DNA of 64,000 nt, from IMG/VR virus record IMGVR_UViG_3300009593_002680; one strand, given 5' to 3'. The stretch is from a virus. The translations under genes and the position numbers were made by a program. The notes beneath the pieces were generated by a model. That model saw only the letters and a program-made list of their open reading frames with translations. It searched no databases and was not told the origin of the DNA. Below are positions 59,969 through 64,000 of this stretch, piece after piece; position 1 is the stretch's first letter, and every line of letters begins with the position of its first letter.

Positions 59969-61065
59969 TGGCAGTATTTAATAGTAAAAATAAAAAACAT
60001 CATACAAAAGCAAAAATGTTTTTAGACCCAAGTGGGGGTGTTAATGTTCAGCGATTTGATGTTGTTAAATATAAACAGTTTGAAAAATTAACTGAAAAGC
60101 AACTTGGATTCTTTTGGAGACCTGAAGAAGTTGATATTCTTAAAGATGCAAAAGACTTTAAAGAACTTACAGACTTTGAACAACATATTTTTACTAGTAA
60201 TTTAAAAAGACAAATACTTTTAGATAGTGTACAAGGACGTTCACCTAATTTAGCATTGTTGCCTGTAGTAAGTGTTCCTGAATTAGAAACATGGATTGAA
60301 ACTTGGGCATTTAGTGAAACTATTCACAGTAGAAGTTATACACATATTATTAGAAATGTATATTCCGATCCAAGTAAAGTATTTGATGAAATGCTAAACA
60401 TTAAAGAGATTACAGATTGTTCTGATGCTATTACAGAAAACTATGACAAACTAATAGAACAAAACTATGCTAGAGAACGTGGCTTACAAAGTTATGATGA
60501 ATACGAGCATAAGAAAGCATTGTACAAATGTATAATGAGTGTAAACATATTAGAAGGTGTACGTTTTTATGTTTCATTTGCATGTAGTTGGGCATTTGCT
60601 GAACTTAAGAAAATGGAAGGTAATGCTAAAATTATTAAACTAATTGCTAGAGATGAAAATGTACATTTAGCAAGTACACAACAAATGTTAAAAATCTTAC
60701 CACAAGATGATAAAGACTATGAAAAAATTGCAAAAGAACTAAAAGAAGAATGTACTCAAATGTTCCTAGATGCAGTTGAGCAAGAAAAAGAATGGGCAGA
60801 CTACTTGTTCAAAGACGGAAGTATTATTGGACTAAACGCAGAACTGTTAAAGCAATATATAGAATTTATTGCAGGTAAAAGAATGAGAGCAGTAAATTTA
60901 GAAACACCATTCAATACAGGAACAAATCCTTTACCTTGGACCCAAGCATGGATTACTGGTGGTAGTGTTCAAGTAGCACCACAAGAAACTGAAATAAGCA
61001 GTTATGTTATTGGTGGCACTAAACAAGATGTAGATAAAGATTCCTTCAAAGGCTTTTCTCTTTAA
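59968..61065 (+). CDS. nrdB: Class Ia ribonucleotide reductase beta subunit
   Basis: FFWRPEE, LDSVQ, ETIHSRSY, EGVRFY, RDENVH, APQETE. Confidence 0.98.
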   Translation: MAVFNSKNKKHHTKAKMFLDPSGGVNVQRFDVVKYKQFEKLTEKQLGFFWRPEEVDILKDAKDFKELTDFEQHIFTSNLKRQILLDSVQGRSPNLALLPVVSVPELETWIETWAFSETIHSRSYTHIIRNVYSDPSKVFDEMLNIKEITDCSDAITENYDKLIEQNYARERGLQSYDEYEHKKALYKCIMSVNILEGVRFYVSFACSWAFAELKKMEGNAKIIKLIARDENVHLASTQQMLKILPQDDKDYEKIAKELKEECTQMFLDAVEQEKEWADYLFKDGSIIGLNAELLKQYIEFIAGKRMRAVNLETPFNTGTNPLPWTQAWITGGSVQVAPQETEISSYVIGGTKQDVDKDSFKGFSL

Positions 61066-61066
61066 A

Positions 61067-61489
61067 ATGAAATCAGTACAATTTTTCCGCGACTTGCCCT
61101 ATTCAAAACCTGACATATCTTTTAGATTTTATGAAACAACAATTTTAGATAAATCTACATTCCCTGACTTTGTTAAAGAAGAACTATTGCTAGATGAAAA
61201 TAGTATAGTTACTATTGAAGCAGTAAAAGGAGAAACTCCTACGCATACAGATGTTCCTCCAAGACAAGCACATCTTATATGTTATATTTCCAATAATCCT
61301 ATGTCAGTTACAACAAAAGACGGTAATTTTGTATTAAATTATGGTGATAGTATGGTCATAGACAGCACTAGTGAACATAGTGGAAGTGTTGGAGACCTAC
61401 AAAAAGGTAGGTTTTTTGCTATAGATTATGGTAAAAACTACCAAGAAACCATGGAAATTTATCAGAAAATTACCAGAAAAAATGGTTGA
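61067..61489 (+). CDS. Cupin-like protein
   Basis: PTHTD...EHS (HxD...H). Confidence 0.45.
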   Translation: MKSVQFFRDLPYSKPDISFRFYETTILDKSTFPDFVKEELLLDENSIVTIEAVKGETPTHTDVPPRQAHLICYISNNPMSVTTKDGNFVLNYGDSMVIDSTSEHSGSVGDLQKGRFFAIDYGKNYQETMEIYQKITRKNG

Positions 61490-61513
61490 CTTTCCCTAAA
61501 AAACCTGTATAAT
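61470..61513 (+). promoter_or_regulatory. sigma70-like promoter with TTACCA-N7-TGGTTG overlapping -35
   Basis: TTGACT-16-TATAAT. Confidence 0.75.
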
Positions 61514-61548
61514 ATACTATATTAACAATTAAGTTGTAGGAGACTTAA

Positions 61549-61764
61549 ATGGCTACAGAACTTCGAAACGTACCAAAAACTGAGATATCACAAACTAGAT
61601 TTGCTGGTGGTGTAGAACGTGGCACTATGCTACAACTTACAGTATCTGACAATGGCAGTTTTCAAGCAATATCAGTAACACGTGAACAAGCGGCTCTATT
61701 AGCACAAGAACTACTGTTATTTGCTAATGGAAACGAAGTTCCAGAGATAAATCTAGTCAAATAA
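61549..61764 (+). CDS. Small early hypothetical protein
   Basis: aggag RBS; own promoter. Confidence 0.65.
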   Translation: MATELRNVPKTEISQTRFAGGVERGTMLQLTVSDNGSFQAISVTREQAALLAQELLLFANGNEVPEINLVK

Positions 61765-61817
61765 TTACCAAAAAAAGTGGTAAAAAGGTTGACACTAACC
61801 CCCAAATTTAGTATAAT
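61765..61817 (+). promoter_or_regulatory. sigma70-like promoter with TTACCA-N7-TGGTAA repeat
   Basis: TTGACA-17-TATAAT; 29-nt identity with 19580-19608. Confidence 0.8.
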
Positions 61818-61851
61818 ATATACATAATTTGTTAAAAAGGTAGGAGATTTT

Positions 61852-62370
61852 ATGCAAACATTAGTGATACAGACTCAATATAGGGAAAACTATGCGGCTC
61901 ATAATGAAGATTATAAGCATGGTATAGATGAGCCTTATTGGAAGTTCAAGGGTGGTAGCACTTATTTTGTAACTAATCTTACTTCTGAGCAAATCAACAA
62001 GATTGCTCAAAATGGTATTCCGACTTTAACAAAGTTAATTGAGTATTCTAACCCAGCATCGGAAGAATATATCCTGGATTGGGAGATTCGTGACCTTGGT
62101 AAAAATGGCGACGGCAAAGGTCCAATTTGCGAACCATGGGAAACTCCAGTAGAGTTTTATTGGAAGATGGACCGTTGGTTATGTCGTACCCATCACACTC
62201 CTGCTAGAGAATATTCTCACTGGAATAGTGCTATCATAGGAAAGGCTGAGCAATGGATTCCTTTAGAGGAGCAAGGTAGGTCAGACTACAAATGTCAATA
62301 CAAGACTAGAAATGGTTGGTTTGACCAAAAAGACGCACAACTAAAAGCGGAGATTGAACAAGCCGCATAA
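61852..62370 (+). CDS. Hypothetical early protein
   Basis: TQYRENY.AH...WKFKGG..Y; aggag RBS. Confidence 0.7.
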   Translation: MQTLVIQTQYRENYAAHNEDYKHGIDEPYWKFKGGSTYFVTNLTSEQINKIAQNGIPTLTKLIEYSNPASEEYILDWEIRDLGKNGDGKGPICEPWETPVEFYWKMDRWLCRTHHTPAREYSHWNSAIIGKAEQWIPLEEQGRSDYKCQYKTRNGWFDQKDAQLKAEIEQAA

Positions 62371-62374
62371 CAAC

Positions 62375-62743
62375 ATGACAAGCAAACAGAAGAAACAAAT
62401 GCACAATTTTGTGCAAACCACATTAAAAATTGTGGGTTGTTCTTTATTGTTTCTTGGACTAACAATGAGTTTAGGTATATCGCATAATCCACACATGGAA
62501 CTATATGCCTATATAATGCTATTTGTTGGAACTATTATCATAATGACACATAGTTTAAGGGGTCATGACCATTTGTATTTGTTAGTATCAAGTGCAGGAT
62601 TCTTATTAGTTAGTAATGCTTTCTTAGGAACTGAAACTGCAATCATGTTAGCAGACAGTTATGGTATTGCATTAACTGAAGAACAGACTTGGTTTGCAAA
62701 ATATGGCAAACTTTTTGTCGAAATCTTAAAGGCTATATCTTAA
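62375..62743 (+). CDS. Membrane protein (about 3 TM helices)
   Basis: Three hydrophobic segments; start uncertain (62375 or 62399). Confidence 0.6.
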   Translation: MTSKQKKQMHNFVQTTLKIVGCSLLFLGLTMSLGISHNPHMELYAYIMLFVGTIIIMTHSLRGHDHLYLLVSSAGFLLVSNAFLGTETAIMLADSYGIALTEEQTWFAKYGKLFVEILKAIS

Positions 62744-62825
62744 ATTAGATAAATAATTGTGTATAAATTACACACATAATGTAACTTATACACCATAAGA
62801 CATGGTTTAAAAGTCTATTTACAAT

Positions 62826-62942
62826 CGTTCATTCACTCTAAATGTAGCAGTGAACGGAAGTAGGTAACCTGAAAACCTCTTACGAAAGTAAGGCAAGCAA
62901 GTAGGCATTCGCCGAACGAGACCGACAGTAACCGAAGGAACG
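62826..62942 (+). ncRNA. Glutamine riboswitch (glnA-type, class I) with expanded P3
   Basis: P1 CGTTC/GAACG; P2 TTCAC/GTGAA; junction CGGAAGTA; P3 GGT/ACC; GAAG E-loop strand. Matches the known glnA consensus CGUUx..P2..GGAAGUA..P3..GAAGxAACG. Confidence 0.82.
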
Positions 62943-62972
62943 CATCTAACTTAATTAATTGAGGAGGATGAT

Positions 62973-63137
62973 ATGACTTATTACAGAGGTATCAAGTATG
63001 ATCCCAAGAAATTACAAGCAGAGAAACCTGTTTCTTTGGCCGGTATTTACAGAGGCATCAAACACGATCCTATAGTAGCACAAAAGTCTGTGTCAGCATC
63101 ACACGGTACATACCGAGGTGTAGCATGGGAAAAGTAA
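62973..63137 (+). CDS. 54-aa triple YRG-repeat protein (DUF4278-like); not in ORF track
   Basis: gaggagga RBS; MTYYRGIKYDPKKLQAEKPVSLAGIYRGIKHDPIVAQKSVSASHGTYRGVAWEK. Confidence 0.85.
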   Translation: MTYYRGIKYDPKKLQAEKPVSLAGIYRGIKHDPIVAQKSVSASHGTYRGVAWEK

Positions 63138-63220
63138 CTTATAGGAAGTGGGAAAAAGTTGATACAATTATTCTGGCAGTTCTAGTATCTGCAATAACAT
63201 TAATAGTTGTATTGGCATAA
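63125..63220 (+). CDS. 31-aa single-pass membrane peptide; not in ORF track
   Basis: gaggtg RBS at 63115-63120; MGKVTYRKWEKVDTIILAVLVSAITLIVVLA; stop just before the terminator. Confidence 0.65.
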   Translation: MGKVTYRKWEKVDTIILAVLVSAITLIVVLA

Positions 63221-63230
63221 AGTCAAAAAC

Positions 63231-63260
63231 GAAAAGGGTCGGAAACGGCCCTTTTCTTTT
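63231..63260 (+). terminator. Rho-independent terminator closing the riboswitch operon
   Basis: gaaaagggtcg-gaaa-cggcccttttc plus T-run. Confidence 0.85.
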
Positions 63261-63273
63261 GATAAATAAAAGT

Positions 63274-63537
63274 ATGCCAGCAATAACAAGAGTCGGAGTT
63301 AATCAAGCAGGGGGAATTATAGTAGGCCCTGGAGCACCTACAGTTAAGGCTGAAGGAGCCAGAGTATCTCTTTTAGGTGACAAAGTTGCCGCCCATGGTA
63401 AACCACCACATGCTTCACCAAATATGGTAGGTTCTAGTAGCACAGTTTTTGCTGATGGAAAACCTGTTGTAAGAGCCGGAGATGATGCAAGTTGTGGACA
63501 TGCCGCCAACGGAGCAAGTACCGTATTTGCCGGCTAG
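63274..63537 (+). CDS. PAAR spike-tip protein
   Basis: GDKVAAH...H...GSSTVFADGKPVVRAGD.ASCGH; late promoter at 63261; start re-called at 63274. Confidence 0.93.
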   Translation: MPAITRVGVNQAGGIIVGPGAPTVKAEGARVSLLGDKVAAHGKPPHASPNMVGSSSTVFADGKPVVRAGDDASCGHAANGASTVFAG

Positions 63538-63566
63538 AACCACTTTCGCATACATAAATATTATGT

Positions 63567-64000
63567 ATGCTTATAATCCAATTTACTGAACAAATAGACC
63601 CATCAACATTACCTGTTGAAGTAATACAGTCTTTTAAATATAACACATATCTTGTTGATTGTGAAATAAGCGAATATGACGTCATTTCCAGCATAACTTC
63701 CCAATATCCGATATCAAGTATGCAATCTAATGAAGATTGTGCGTATATCGACGTCTATGAGCGTCTTACAACGTCATATACAACGGTTTATGCAGAAGAT
63801 ACACTTGCACCACTCTTAGAGAAATTAGACTTTTTAGAGGCCCTTAAACCACAAATTTTGTGTTTTAGTTGGCAAATGGATCGTAATTATATAGTAGATT
63901 ATCGTATAGAAAAACTAATTGAAGCAGGAAATATGGTAGTTTGTGCAGGTGGTAACCAAGACTTACCAGTACATGACATAAGTCCTGTTGCTGTAGATGG
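63567..64000 (+). CDS. 3'-partial protein with a subtilase (S8)-like segment
   Basis: Open to the window end; ILCFSW...MVVCAGGN...ISPV resembles S8 INMSW...VAAGN...SPA; ATAAATA upstream. Confidence 0.5.
   Translation, partial: MLIIQFTEQIDPSTLPVEVIQSFKYNTYLVDCEISEYDVISSITSQYPISSMQSNEDCAYIDVYERLTTSYTTVYAEDTLAPLLEKLDFLEALKPQILCFSWQMDRNYIVDYRIEKLIEAGNMVVCAGGNQDLPVHDISPVAVD

Noticed and set aside
12047-61065. Inteins, introns or homing endonucleases in terL, uvsX, helicase, thyX, nrdA, nrdB
   Set aside because: Lengths are standard; no splice or LAGLIDADG/HNH/GIY-YIG motifs seen (the LAG[LV] motif elsewhere is unrelated)
151-63694. The other short minus-strand and alternate-frame ORFs in the track
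   Set aside because: Each lies within or across well-supported + strand genes, with no family motifs or start signals (29332..29712 is the exception and was kept)
1-64000. Stop-codon reassignment
   Set aside because: Conserved genes (terL, nrdA, nrdB, helicase, sheath) are full-length under code 11; TAG and TGA end genes normally
1-64000. CRISPR array, tRNA or rRNA genes
   Set aside because: No regularly spaced repeats and no cloverleaf/TPsiC patterns in the few intergenic gaps; checked by eye only

Overview
A 64-kb, AT-rich, densely coded segment of a large lytic myovirus distantly related to T4. All but one of the credible genes lie on the + strand. The gene order (dNMP kinase, sheath, tube, tube-like, gp4, TerS, TerL, SSB, UvsX, UvsY, UvsW, then clamp loader, ThyX, a DnaE fragment, primase, helicase, a block of head/internal proteins, tail fibre, NrdAB, PAAR) resembles from memory GAP32/Rak2-type large myoviruses. 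The host is probably a marine Gram-negative heterotroph (inference from the TonB-dependent receptor, the diiron protein and sigma70 promoters). Two promoter classes are visible: sigma70-like TTGAC..TATAAT, and a T4-like late motif (G/T)ATAAATA. Three things stand out. (1) An unannotated operon at 62748-63260 holds a glutamine (glnA-type) riboswitch with an enlarged, nested P3 arm, a 54-aa triple-YRG (DUF4278-like) protein and a 31-aa membrane peptide. (2) At least ten proteins share a capsid-targeting-like N-terminus, among them a 2352-aa putative protease-processed polyprotein (amidoligase plus nuclease-like module) and a KxDG ligase-fold enzyme. (3) There are host-like metabolic and transport genes: a TonB-dependent receptor, apt plus MTA/SAH nucleosidase, a diiron enzyme plus radical SAM, and an MDR reductase. 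I found no CRISPR array, tRNA, rRNA, intein or mobile element. All family calls come from motif recognition by eye, not from database searches.
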